From an uncultured Eubacteriales bacterium (GTDB taxonomy: Bacteria; Bacillota; Clostridia; Oscillospirales; Acutalibacteraceae), in contig CABUHY010000008.1 of the NCBI GenBank assembly GCA_902491475.1, forward strand, positions 1,986 through 65,985: DNA of 64,000 nt, read 5' to 3'. The translations under genes were made by a program, and so were the position numbers. The notes under the pieces are model-generated. The model saw only the letters and a program-made list of their open reading frames with translations. It had not been told where the DNA came from and made no database searches. Below, one piece after another: positions 16,890 through 26,600 of the stretch (positions are counted from its first letter, which is position 1; each line of letters opens with the position of its first letter).

Positions 16890-18185
16890 GTGTCGGATAA
16901 AGTTAAAAAGAACAAAAAGAAAAATCCTAAAAGAAAAATGAGATACAGGCGCCCCGTCAACTGGCTTTTCCTGTTACTGCTTATGACGGCGTTTCAGATT
17001 TTCTGTGCGATACAGATACTGACAAACGGCGGCGAGGATGTTGTAAGGGGAACCATTATAACCGTATTCGGTCTTTATATTGCGGTCGAGTGGGCGTACT
17101 TTATCGTGTTCGCAGGAATACTCAGAAGAAAAAGCTTTGAGGTTGAGTTGATAGCATTTTTCCTGTCGGGTATCGGTCTTGCGCTGACTACGAGCGTTTA
17201 CCCCAACAAGGCTTTCACTCAGCTTATTGCGATTTTCCTCGGTATCGGAGTGTTTATAGTTCTGCTTTGGATTTTGAGCGATATTGACAGAGTCGTTAAG
17301 CTGCGTATTCCCGTCGCAATAATTTCGATTGCGGCTTTGGTATTCACGCTTATATTTGCCGAGGACAGGAACGGCGCAAGAAACTGGATAATTATCGGCA
17401 ACGGACTTTTGTCAATCCAGACCTCGGAAATTGTCAAGGTCGCATTCATCTTTGTCGGTGCGGCTACGCTTGAAACGCTGCAGTCGACAAAACGGCTTAC
17501 AAAATACATTATCTTTGCGATTACCTGCGTAGGCTTGCTGTTTGTTATGAAGGACTTCGGTACTGCGCTGATATTCTTCTTCACATTCGTAATAATAGCG
17601 TTCCTGCGCTCGGGAGACATAAAAACAATCTTCCTCATCTGTGCGGGCGCTCTTATCGGAGGCATCGGCGTGCTTACCTTCAAGCCGTATGTCGCAAACC
17701 GTTTCAGCTCATACCGCCATGTATGGGAAGTAGCGGACACAAAGGGCTATCAGCAGGTCAGACTTCTGATTTACTCCGTCAGCGGCGGACTGTTCGGCCT
17801 CGGGCTCGGAAACGGAAAGCTGCGAGGCATATACGCCTCGACCGAGGACCTTGCTTTCGGTATGGTTTGCGAGGAATTCGGCATTATAATCGCCTTTACG
17901 GTTTTGCTTACCTTTGTGGCTTTGGTGGTTTACAGTATCAGGTATTCCGTGGCTTCCCGTTCATCGTTTTATTCAATAGCTGCCTGTGCGGCTTCGGCTC
18001 TGTTGCTTTTCCAGACAGCGCTCCATGTTTTCGGTGCTACGGACCTGCTTCCGTGGACGGGCGTTACACTCCCGTTTATCAGCCGAGGCGGTTCGAGTAT
18101 GATGTGCTGTTGGGGTCTTGTGGCTCTGATTAAGGCGATAGATGTCAAGACATACAAGCGTTACGATAAAATTATAAAGGGGTGA
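16890..18185 (+). CDS. FtsW/RodA/SpoVE (SEDS) family peptidoglycan polymerase
   Basis: GTG start 12 nt after the FHA gene. It is polytopic, with SEDS motifs (GARNWI, SEIVKVAFI, TGVTLPFISRGGSS). Confidence 0.85.
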   Translation: MSDKVKKNKKKNPKRKMRYRRPVNWLFLLLLMTAFQIFCAIQILTNGGEDVVRGTIITVFGLYIAVEWAYFIVFAGILRRKSFEVELIAFFLSGIGLALTTSVYPNKAFTQLIAIFLGIGVFIVLLWILSDIDRVVKLRIPVAIISIAALVFTLIFAEDRNGARNWIIIGNGLLSIQTSEIVKVAFIFVGAATLETLQSTKRLTKYIIFAITCVGLLFVMKDFGTALIFFFTFVIIAFLRSGDIKTIFLICAGALIGGIGVLTFKPYVANRFSSYRHVWEVADTKGYQQVRLLIYSVSGGLFGLGLGNGKLRGIYASTEDLAFGMVCEEFGIIIAFTVLLTFVALVVYSIRYSVASRSSFYSIAACAASALLLFQTALHVFGATDLLPWTGVTLPFISRGGSSMMCCWGLVALIKAIDVKTYKRYDKIIKG

Positions 18186-18191
18186 CAAAGA

Positions 18192-19592
18192 ATGAAAACA
18201 CTTTCAAGAAGAGCATGGATTCTCTATTTGTTGGCAATAGCCTTTGTTGTCGGTGCGTGCATTCTTCTCTACACCTTTTACACCAATGCCGACTCGTGGG
18301 CTATGAAAAAAGCGAACAGACATATCTATTCCTCGGGTACGCTTACCACGGCAGGTGCGGTTTATGACGAAACGGGCGCCGTACTCGCACAGACGGTTGA
18401 CGGCAAACGCACCTACAACAAGGACAAGGATATAAGAATTTCCACCCTGCACATTCTCGGCGACTCGCAAGGATATATATCAACAGGCGTTCAGACCTCA
18501 TATAAGGATATACTGACAGGCTATGATTTTGTTGACGGTATATACGACCTAAAAAAATACGGAAAAGGCTCCGACATCACGCTTACGGTAAATGCGGAGC
18601 TCAACAAAGCGGCATACGAGGCTTTAGGCAGTAACAAGGGTACGGTCGGCGTTTACAACTATAAGACGGGCGAGCTGCTCTGCGTTGTATCAAAACCGTC
18701 CTATGATATTATGAATAAGCCCACGGAGAGCATAAACAACGACAAAACGGGCGAATATGACGGCGTATATCTCAACAGGTTTTTCTCGGGCGTGTACACC
18801 CCCGGTTCAACTTTCAAGGTTATTACCTCGGCTTGCGCTATTGACAATATTCCCGACATTGACTCGCAGACCTTTAAGTGTACGGGCGAATACAAGGTTG
18901 ACGGAAGCTCGGTAAAATGCCTTTCAAAGCACGGCACAATCGGGTTTGAAAAGGCTCTTAACCAATCGTGCAACAGTGCGTTTGCGCAGATAGCAATTCA
19001 GCTCGGTGCGGAAAACCTTACAAACACGGTTAATTCGCTCGGCTTCGGTCAGGCATATAAAATCGGAAATGTCCGCCTTGCAAAAAGCTCGTTTGACCTT
19101 ACAAACGCCTCCGACCTTGACATAGGCTGGGCGGGTATCGGTCAGTACACAACAAGGGTAAACCCCTGTCATATGCTTATGATTGTAGGCGCCATAGCAA
19201 ACGGCGGCACCTCCCCTATGCCCTACTTTATAAAATCAATAACCTCTCCGACAGGCTCTGTAAAAACAACGCAGACCTCATATTTACAGCCCTATTTTTC
19301 GGAGAGCACGGCTGCAAAGCTTAACGATATGCTTCGTTCCGATGTCGTAAACTATTACGGCGACGGAAAATTCAGCGGACTTAAAATGTGCGGTAAAACG
19401 GGTACTGCGGAGGTCAGCACCGACGAAAACGGTCTTGACCCGCACGCTTGGTTTGTCGGATATTCACAGAGAGAGGATTTGCCGCTTGCAATCGTAGTTG
19501 TCGTTGAAAACGGCGGCGGAGGAAGCTCGGTGGCTATCCCGGTAGCAAGCAAAACCATGAAAAAAGCCGCATCGATTTATGCGGGAAAATAA
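18192..19592 (+). CDS. Class B penicillin-binding protein (transpeptidase)
   Basis: 466 aa with an N-terminal TM helix. The motifs are STFK (GSTFKVIT), SCN (NQSCNSAF) and KTGT (CGKTGTAE). Confidence 0.85.
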   Translation: MKTLSRRAWILYLLAIAFVVGACILLYTFYTNADSWAMKKANRHIYSSGTLTTAGAVYDETGAVLAQTVDGKRTYNKDKDIRISTLHILGDSQGYISTGVQTSYKDILTGYDFVDGIYDLKKYGKGSDITLTVNAELNKAAYEALGSNKGTVGVYNYKTGELLCVVSKPSYDIMNKPTESINNDKTGEYDGVYLNRFFSGVYTPGSTFKVITSACAIDNIPDIDSQTFKCTGEYKVDGSSVKCLSKHGTIGFEKALNQSCNSAFAQIAIQLGAENLTNTVNSLGFGQAYKIGNVRLAKSSFDLTNASDLDIGWAGIGQYTTRVNPCHMLMIVGAIANGGTSPMPYFIKSITSPTGSVKTTQTSYLQPYFSESTAAKLNDMLRSDVVNYYGDGKFSGLKMCGKTGTAEVSTDENGLDPHAWFVGYSQREDLPLAIVVVVENGGGGSSVAIPVASKTMKKAASIYAGK

Positions 19593-19606
19593 TATACGGA
19601 GACATT

Positions 19607-20965
19607 ATGAAATACTATTCGGTTGAAAACTACGGTGCGCTCGCAGACGGCGTTACCAATGACGCAAAAGCAATACAGTCTGCTATCGACGACGCTGAAA
19701 GGAACGGCGGCGGAACCGTTGTACTTGAAAGCGGCAAAACATATTATTCAAGCTCTATCGTTATGAAAAAGAATGTTGAGCTTCACTTACAAAAGGGCTC
19801 ACGGCTTAAAGCGACGGACAATATAGACGAATATTTCCGTCCCTGCAATTTCATAAACGACAAGACCAACACGCTCATAGGCAACCCCGTTACGGGCAAG
19901 CCGTCGTTCTGCTTTATTTACGGCTTTGAGGCAGACGGCTGTTCAATCACGGGCGAGGGCACAATAGACGCCAACGGTCACGCCTTTGTAGAAAGAAAAG
20001 ACAGGTACTATGTAACGGGCAACTTCTATCCCCGTCCGACCGTTATATACATTGAAAAGAGCAATCACATTACATTTGAAAAAATCACGATTGTCGACGC
20101 TCCGTTTTGGACGCTTCATCCTGCGGGCTGTGACGATGTGCTCATTTCAAAAATCAGAATACTCAACGACCTCGATGTTGCAAACTCGGACGGCATCGAC
20201 CCCGACCACAGCAGTAATGTAAGAATACTCGGCTGTCATATCGAGTGTGCGGACGACTGTATCTGCCTTAAAACCTCAAAGGGCAACTCCGAATACGGTC
20301 CGTGCGAGAATATCATCATTTCCGACTGCACGCTTATTTCCACATCAGCCGCAATCAAAATCGGTACGGAGGGCGTTGGAGATTTCAGAAATGTCCTTGT
20401 GCAGAACTGTATAATTTCAAGAAGCAACCGCGGCCTTTCAATCCAGATAAGAGACGGCGGAAATGTAGAAAATGTAAGCTATTCAAATATAATTATCGAG
20501 ACAAGGCGCTTTTGCCCTGACTGGTGGGGAACTGCCGAGCCGATTGTTATCACAACCTTTGACAGAGACGAAAACACCAAATCGGGTCACATCAAAAATG
20601 TCAGATTTTCAAACATTACCTGCAAGGGCGAAAACGGCGTGTTAATCCACGGAACAAAGGAAAACACCGTTGAAGATGTTACCTTTGAAAACGTCCGTGT
20701 TGAGCTTACAAAGACCTCAAAATGGGAAACGGGTCTTTATGATATGCGCCCCGGTCTCGGAAAAGAAATCGAAAAGCATAAGAATTCGGGCTTCTTTATA
20801 AGGAACGCCAAGAATATCAGGGTAGCAAAATCGAGCGTGAATTGGGGCAACATCTGCGACGATTACGCACACGCAATAGACAGCGAAAACTGCGAGAACC
20901 TTGTAACCGACAGATTTACGGGCTCTGCGGCGCACGAAAACTGCGAAAGCGTGATTTCAAAGTGA
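19607..20965 (+). CDS. GH28-like right-handed beta-helix glycosidase, no signal peptide
   Basis: 452 aa with an N-terminal pectate_lyase_3-like motif (YGALADGVTNDAKAIQSAIDDA). NSDGID and ADDCICLK match the GH28 NTD and DD motifs. The positions where GHG and RIK are expected look substituted. Confidence 0.7.
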   Translation: MKYYSVENYGALADGVTNDAKAIQSAIDDAERNGGGTVVLESGKTYYSSSIVMKKNVELHLQKGSRLKATDNIDEYFRPCNFINDKTNTLIGNPVTGKPSFCFIYGFEADGCSITGEGTIDANGHAFVERKDRYYVTGNFYPRPTVIYIEKSNHITFEKITIVDAPFWTLHPAGCDDVLISKIRILNDLDVANSDGIDPDHSSNVRILGCHIECADDCICLKTSKGNSEYGPCENIIISDCTLISTSAAIKIGTEGVGDFRNVLVQNCIISRSNRGLSIQIRDGGNVENVSYSNIIIETRRFCPDWWGTAEPIVITTFDRDENTKSGHIKNVRFSNITCKGENGVLIHGTKENTVEDVTFENVRVELTKTSKWETGLYDMRPGLGKEIEKHKNSGFFIRNAKNIRVAKSSVNWGNICDDYAHAIDSENCENLVTDRFTGSAAHENCESVISK

Positions 20966-21792
20966 AAACACTCTATATAACCGACCTTGACGGCACCTTT
21001 CTCAACGACAGCGCCGAGGTTTCCGAAGAGAGCAAAAGCATTATAAACTCTCTTTCAAAAGACGGTTTACTGTTTTCCGTGGCAACGGCAAGAAGTCTTT
21101 TATCTGCAAGGGAACTGTTAAACGGCATTGAGTTCAATGCGCCTGTTGTGCTTTCAAGCGGCGTATTTGTGTACGATATGAAAAAGCAAAAGACCGTAAA
21201 TTGCTTTTATATCGAAGACGGTGCGTTCAAAGAAATACTCAAAGTGTTTGAAAACGCCGATAAATCGCCCTTCGTGTTCTTTTTCAATAATGGCACGGAA
21301 GAATACGATTTGCAGTTCACAAGCCTTAAATTGCCCATACACAGGGAATATTACGAGACACGCCGCAAGAGTATGGGAAGCATCATACACAAGGTTGATA
21401 AAATCTGCCCGGTGAGCGGGTTTTCGCCCGTATTTATATCCCTTTGCGACGAATACTCCGACCTGCTGCCGATAACGAAGAGGTTGGACGGTATCGACGG
21501 CGTAGGCTATTCGTTTTACAGCGACACATACACACCCTATTGGTTTTTAGAGGTATTTAACAAGGAGGCAACAAAGCTAAAAGGGCTTGAAATTGTCAGA
21601 GAATATGTCAAAGCCGAAAAGGTCATATCTTTCGGCGACAACAGAAATGACATCCCGCTTTTTATGGGCGCTGATGAAAAATATGCGGTTGCAAATGCCG
21701 TAGATGAACTCAAAGCGCTTGCAACGGATGTTATCGCTTCAAACAATGAGAACAGTGTTGCGAGGTTTATTAAAGAAGATTTTAACGCTTGA
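20962..21792 (+). CDS. Cof-type HAD-IIB family phosphatase
   Basis: The GTG start overlaps the GH28 stop (GTGA). HAD motif I is LYITDLDGTFLN, and a motif IV-like FGDNRNDIPLF is present. Confidence 0.8.
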   Translation: MKTLYITDLDGTFLNDSAEVSEESKSIINSLSKDGLLFSVATARSLLSARELLNGIEFNAPVVLSSGVFVYDMKKQKTVNCFYIEDGAFKEILKVFENADKSPFVFFFNNGTEEYDLQFTSLKLPIHREYYETRRKSMGSIIHKVDKICPVSGFSPVFISLCDEYSDLLPITKRLDGIDGVGYSFYSDTYTPYWFLEVFNKEATKLKGLEIVREYVKAEKVISFGDNRNDIPLFMGADEKYAVANAVDELKALATDVIASNNENSVARFIKEDFNA

Positions 21793-21795
21793 TAT

Positions 21796-21827
21796 AAAAA
21801 AGAGTAGGCTTTTCGCCTACTCTTTTT
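21796..21827. terminator. Bidirectional terminator between the HAD gene and tRNA-Leu
   Basis: Hairpin agagtaggc-ttttc-gcctactct, flanked by A and T runs. Confidence 0.65.
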
Positions 21828-21914
21828 TGGTGCAGAAGATGGGACTTGAACCCACACGAATTCACATTCACAGGCTTCTGAGACCTGAGCGTCTGCCTAT
21901 TCCGCCACTTCTGC
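21828..21914 (-). tRNA. tRNA-Leu (anticodon CAG), class II with long variable arm, CCA encoded
   Basis: The reverse complement is GCAGAAGTGGCGGAATAGGCAGACGCTCAGGTCTCAGAAGCCTGTGAATGTGAATTCGTGTGGGTTCAAGTCCCATCTTCTGCACCA. The acceptor stem is GCAGAAG/CTTCTGC. The anticodon loop is CUCAGAA and the T-loop is GGTTCAAGTCC. Confidence 0.9.
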
Positions 21915-21980
21915 AAATATATCCGAGCGTTTTACAACGCCCGAATATAATATCATTTTTAGCACCCGATGTCAATAAAA

Positions 21981-23021
21981 TCAATAATTTCTTGTCGGGA
22001 AAATTTTCTTTTTCATAAACAAATTATATACGGCAACAGTTATCAAAAACACCGTATAACCTATGAGCGCAGCACTTGCGACATCCGTAAGGTAGTGCGC
22101 ACCCTCAACCATTCGGGTATATCCCATTGTATAGACATAAGCCGCAGAAAGGAGCATTGCAAGCGGCGTTATTTTTTCAAGGCGTTTATACGCCGAGCAG
22201 AGAAGTATGCTCAAAAACGCACAGCAAGCAGAAAATGTGTGTCCCGACGGGAATGAATCGGGATGGCTGTAAATTCCCATATCGTCGCCTATTTTGTACC
22301 AAGGCGTGTATGCGGAAAAATCAACGCCGTCAAGCATTGCCCCGCCCGTTCTCGGCACAAGCCTGTCAAGCGTTCCGTAGCTCATACCCTTGCTGTTGAA
22401 TATTCCGTTGGAAGCCGCAACCATTTCACGGAAGCGTACACGGTGGGTAATCGGTTTGAGATACATACAAAGTCTTATGCCTATCGACATAAACAGGAAA
22501 GCAAGCGAAATTGTCTCGAGTTTATTGAGAACCCTTTTGTCGATTTTGCGAAAAGCCAGCAAAAACGCCGCCGCAACAAGCGTACAGATAATGAAGTACA
22601 CGGGTTGGCTCAACGAGACAAACTTCTTTGCGACATTTTCTATGATTTTCTTATATCCTACAACGCTTAAAACGAAAAAGCCCGCGGTAGTAACAATTTT
22701 AAGAACGAAGTCAAAAAATTTGTATGCCTTTGCGTCGGTATTTTTGACGCTCTTTACAAAAGGAAATACCCTGCCGATAATTTCAAGGCTTTCATTGAGA
22801 TTGTGCCGTGTTAAAATAAGCACAGTAAACACAGGACCCCAAATACCCCACGCAACCGCCTCGCCGAAGCACTCAAAAGCAATGCTCAACTTGTTTTGCG
22901 GATTAAACAATGCAATATCGACCTGCAAATCGTTAAATGTGCCGTAAATCATAAACCCCAAAGTCACAATGTAAAATACGATAGAAAAAACGGTAAGTGA
23001 TTTTTTCATATTTTTGCTCAT
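21981..23021 (-). CDS. PAP2 superfamily membrane phosphatase
   Basis: Start at the ATG at 23021, with an AGGGGG RBS. The protein is polytopic. PAP2 motifs are FPSGHT and EGAHYLTDV. Confidence 0.8.
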   Translation of the reverse strand: MSKNMKKSLTVFSIVFYIVTLGFMIYGTFNDLQVDIALFNPQNKLSIAFECFGEAVAWGIWGPVFTVLILTRHNLNESLEIIGRVFPFVKSVKNTDAKAYKFFDFVLKIVTTAGFFVLSVVGYKKIIENVAKKFVSLSQPVYFIICTLVAAAFLLAFRKIDKRVLNKLETISLAFLFMSIGIRLCMYLKPITHRVRFREMVAASNGIFNSKGMSYGTLDRLVPRTGGAMLDGVDFSAYTPWYKIGDDMGIYSHPDSFPSGHTFSACCAFLSILLCSAYKRLEKITPLAMLLSAAYVYTMGYTRMVEGAHYLTDVASAALIGYTVFLITVAVYNLFMKKKIFPTRNY

Positions 23022-23106
23022 TCTTATACCCCCTGTCAAGGATATTTTAACATAGATATATTTAATTTGCAATTTGGTATTTTCGGACGGTGTGATATGG
23101 AATACA

Positions 23107-23138
23107 GGTCGATTTTGTGCGACACTCCAAGCAGCATT
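23107..23138. repeat. Direct repeat copy 1 (32 nt)
   Basis: The sequence ggtcgattttgtgcgacactccaagcagcatt matches copy 2 at 29 of 32 positions. Confidence 0.8.
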
Positions 23139-23233
23139 CCCATATCAAATTTGGTTTGTGTTTTCGCCCCATCTCCGGGCAACATATGCGACCGCCGCCT
23201 GTGGCGGATAAAGGGAGCATCTGTCGGCGTAGC

Positions 23234-23265
23234 GGTCGATTTTGTGCGGCGCTCCAAGCCGCATT
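23234..23265. repeat. Direct repeat copy 2 (32 nt)
   Basis: The sequence is ggtcgattttgtgcggcgctccaagccgcatt. It contains the hairpin tgcggc-gctccaa-gccgca. Confidence 0.8.
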
Positions 23266-23579
23266 AACAAAATCGGGTACCGCAAGAGGGCAAGGCTGGC
23301 ATTTTTTTGCAGAAAAAATGAATGGGGGAGTTTTTAAAAAGTTTGATGAAATCCATTTTAACTCCTTCAGTTTCGCTTCGCTCAACAGCTCCCTCAAGGA
23401 TGGAGCGGAACTTCTTGGGAAATTTCATATAAATAACGGCGGGAGCAAGCCCCCGCCCTACACTGTTCGTTATAATTTTTAATCCGTGCGAAGCACCCGC
23501 AATTTTTCATTCTTCATTATTCATTTTTCACTCGCCCGCAAGGGCGCTGCCCTGTCCCTACGGTTGCATATAAATTTTT

Positions 23580-23611
23580 CACGCCCCGAACGGATTTCCG
23601 TTCGGGGCGTG
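23580..23611 (-). terminator. Strong GC-rich hairpin just past the stop of the giant gene (probable terminator)
   Basis: The hairpin is cacgccccgaacgga-tt-tccgttcggggcgtg, a 15-bp perfect stem 24 nt downstream of the stop. The U-tract on the minus strand is weak. Confidence 0.45.
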
Positions 23612-23634
23612 GGTTTGTTGTTAATAATACCAAA

Positions 23635-26600
23635 TCACAGTATGCCGTTAAGTGACATATTCATAATAATCTGTGCCATTTCTGCTCTGTTGGCGTTGCC
23701 TGCGGGATTGAGTTTACCGTTGCCGCCGACAACATGATTTTCTGCCGCCCAGGCAACCGCCGTTCTTGCCCAATCGCTTACATTGCCGCCGTCGGGATAG
23801 CCTGCGAGCACTGTATTGACATTGCCTGAAACGGAACCGTTGCAGTAATTATAGAATATCAAGCAAGCCTGTTCTCTCGTTATCGGGTCGCCTACGCCGA
23901 ACTTGCCGTTTGCATAGCCCGAAAGAATGTGATTGTCTTTAGCCCATGCTACCGCCGCAGAATAATAATCGTTTGTCGGGACATCGGAGAAGCCGCCGTT
24001 CTGACCTGCGTACGCCGAAAGGTCGGTGCCTGCAATCTTAGAAAGAACTACTACAAAATCCTGTCTCTGAATGTTGTTACCGGGTCCGAAATAACCGTTA
24101 GCATAGCCGTGGAAATAGCCCTTTGCAACATTGAACGCTATCGCATTGCAATACCACTCACCGCTTGCAACATCGGGGAAAGGCTTCAACTTTGCTATCG
24201 GTTCGGTCTTTGTTTCCTTACATACCGTACATGTATATGTTTTAACACCCTCTTTATCAAAGGTGGGAAGCGTTGTTACAACACCGTCGTCATATGTGTG
24301 CGTATGCTCTTTTTCGACAGTAACCGTAATGTTGAGCCGTTCGCTGTAATCCATACCGTCCTTATATGCGGCAATGCGGAACTTGACATTTTCGGTAATT
24401 GTAATCGGAGCGGTGTATATCTTACGGCTCTCGCTGTTCTGGCACGGGCAGGTATCATCGGTTGTGTAATAAACCGTCACGCCGTCCTGTGCGAATATTT
24501 CAAGCTGTTCGCCGCTCTTTACAGTAATGAAGTTTTCTTTCGGATTGTCCGCAGTAAACTCCGTAGAGCCGATTTTTGCCGTCGGACGCTCGGGTCTGTT
24601 TTCCTCAAGAGTTATGTCGAGATCAACGGTCTTTTTAAGACTTGTGTCGACAACAGAAAATGTTATGTCCGTATAGCCCGGGAGAAGCGTCTGAAGCCTG
24701 AATACCGCTACGCCGTTTTCGTCTGTTACGGTCTGCTTGTTAGAAACGGCGGCAAACTCCGTGTTTCCGACAACAGCTTCAAGCGTTACATTCGGCATAT
24801 AGTTTCCGTCGGCGTCCTTTATTCTTACCGTTACATTGCGTTCAACGCCCGATTTTGACGAAATCACACTGTCGTAATTGAGGACGATTTCCGCAGGTCT
24901 TGCATTTACCGTCAACTGCTGCGAATAAGACGGCAAAGCCGTTCCTGCATAGTTTTCGGCACCGTCAAGCGTAAGCGTAACATTGGTTTCCTTTTCAAAG
25001 CCGCCCTGTTTTGTTATATGCAAAACCTTTGAATATCCGTTTTCAATATCCTGCCATTGTGCCGTCATACCGTCGGGCAACGAAAGCTGTTTTGCGGTGT
25101 TCATATATTGACTGAACATCACTTCTATATAATCGGGATACGCCTTTGCGGACACAACTTCGGGAGCCTCGGTCGAAACCATAGCGGTCGTAAGTCCTAC
25201 CTGCGGAGGCGGAACAGGCAACCATTCGGTCTCGGACGGTAAATATCCGTCCTTTTCAAAGCGAACCTGCCACCAACCTGCAGGAACATCCCAAGCGTAC
25301 ATACCCGCTTTGTCTGTAATCTGCGGATTTATCTGTCCGTAGCTTTCGGCATCCCAAAGCTTTGCATTTGTGCCGTTTTCCTCCTCGGCATACCAAACGC
25401 TTGCTTTTACGCCCGAAAGCGTATTTGACTCCACTGCCTCGTAAACGGTTCCCGACGGGTCGATAAGCGGAGAAGCCTTTGCAACCCTGCGGGTCTTTTG
25501 CATTATTTTTTCCATATCGGTATTCTTGCACTGCAACTGGCGCTCAACGGAAAGCTTATTGAGTTCTTTAAGATATTTATTTATCATTTCCGCATTGTGT
25601 ATTCCCTGTTCGGAGGACATAGTGTCATACACAGCTCCCGATACGGTAGAAGCGGTTCCTGTTACATCAAAGATGCCGCCGAGAATAAACACTCCGCCCA
25701 TTACCGAATTCCTCTTTGAGCGTTTCGTTTCGGCATCTATATAAATTTTAAGCAATTCTGCGGCGTGGCGCTCCTGCATAATTGCAAATGAGCAGAAATA
25801 ATCTTTGGAATATCTGTTCTCATAGAGTTTCAATTCGTCGATATATCCGCCGAGCTCTGCCGAACGCTTTTCCCAATCCGCCATACCCGACGCATCCTGC
25901 CAGAGAGCATATAAGCTCAATGCGTTTCCGACTCCGCCGACAATTTGACCTGCAGCTTTAATGTTTTTAATCTGATTTGTCGTGACCTCGGGATGCATCT
26001 CGGCATAGTCTTTTACCGCATCAATCAACTCACTTGTTACACCGAAAGCGTTGTTTACAACCGCCTGATTGGTATTGTCGTAAGCGTCGCCCTCAAAGTC
26101 TACTTGATTGCCGTTCTCGTCAACGAACGAAAATCCCGTTACATTCGGAACCTCCTGTGTTGCCGTCTTTGAGAAAAGTGCCTTGAATTTTGCCAAAACG
26201 GAGGTCTTTTCTATCTCCTTATACGCCGTAAAGCCGTTTGCGGTTTCACACACAGTATAACCGTCCGCACGAAGCTCGTCTGCCGATTTGGTGTTTGTTT
26301 TGACAGTCATACCCATAGCCTCGTACACCTCGTCCCACGAGCCGTATTCGGTTATGTTCTTGGGCAAGCCCAACATATCGGTTATAGCCTGCATTGAGTC
26401 GTCTATTGACTTTTCAAGTGAGTAGAACAGGTTTTTGCCGTCCTCGGGAAGAGCCTTGAACCAGTCCTCGCCCGTCACTCTGTATTTAGCACCGAAAATA
26501 TACTGTGAGCAGTCCTCGTCGATTTCGGAAGTGTCAATCTGCTCCAAAAGTCGGGTTATCATTCTTTCACGGTTTTCAGTCTCTTGCGAGGCGAGCATTT

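Noticed and set aside
21828-23634. tRNA-Leu as an integration site for an island carrying the PAP2 and giant surface protein genes.
   Set aside because: There is no integrase, and I could find no duplicated tRNA 3' fragment (att repeat). The large genes lie on the 5' side of the tRNA rather than the usual 3' side.
23062-23737. Four track ORFs (23062-23397, 23067-23267, 23117-23482, 23486-23737) in the spacer next to the giant gene.
   Set aside because: They overlap one another in several frames, lack ribosome-binding sites and have implausible composition. The region is better explained as repeat- and hairpin-rich non-coding DNA (see findings).
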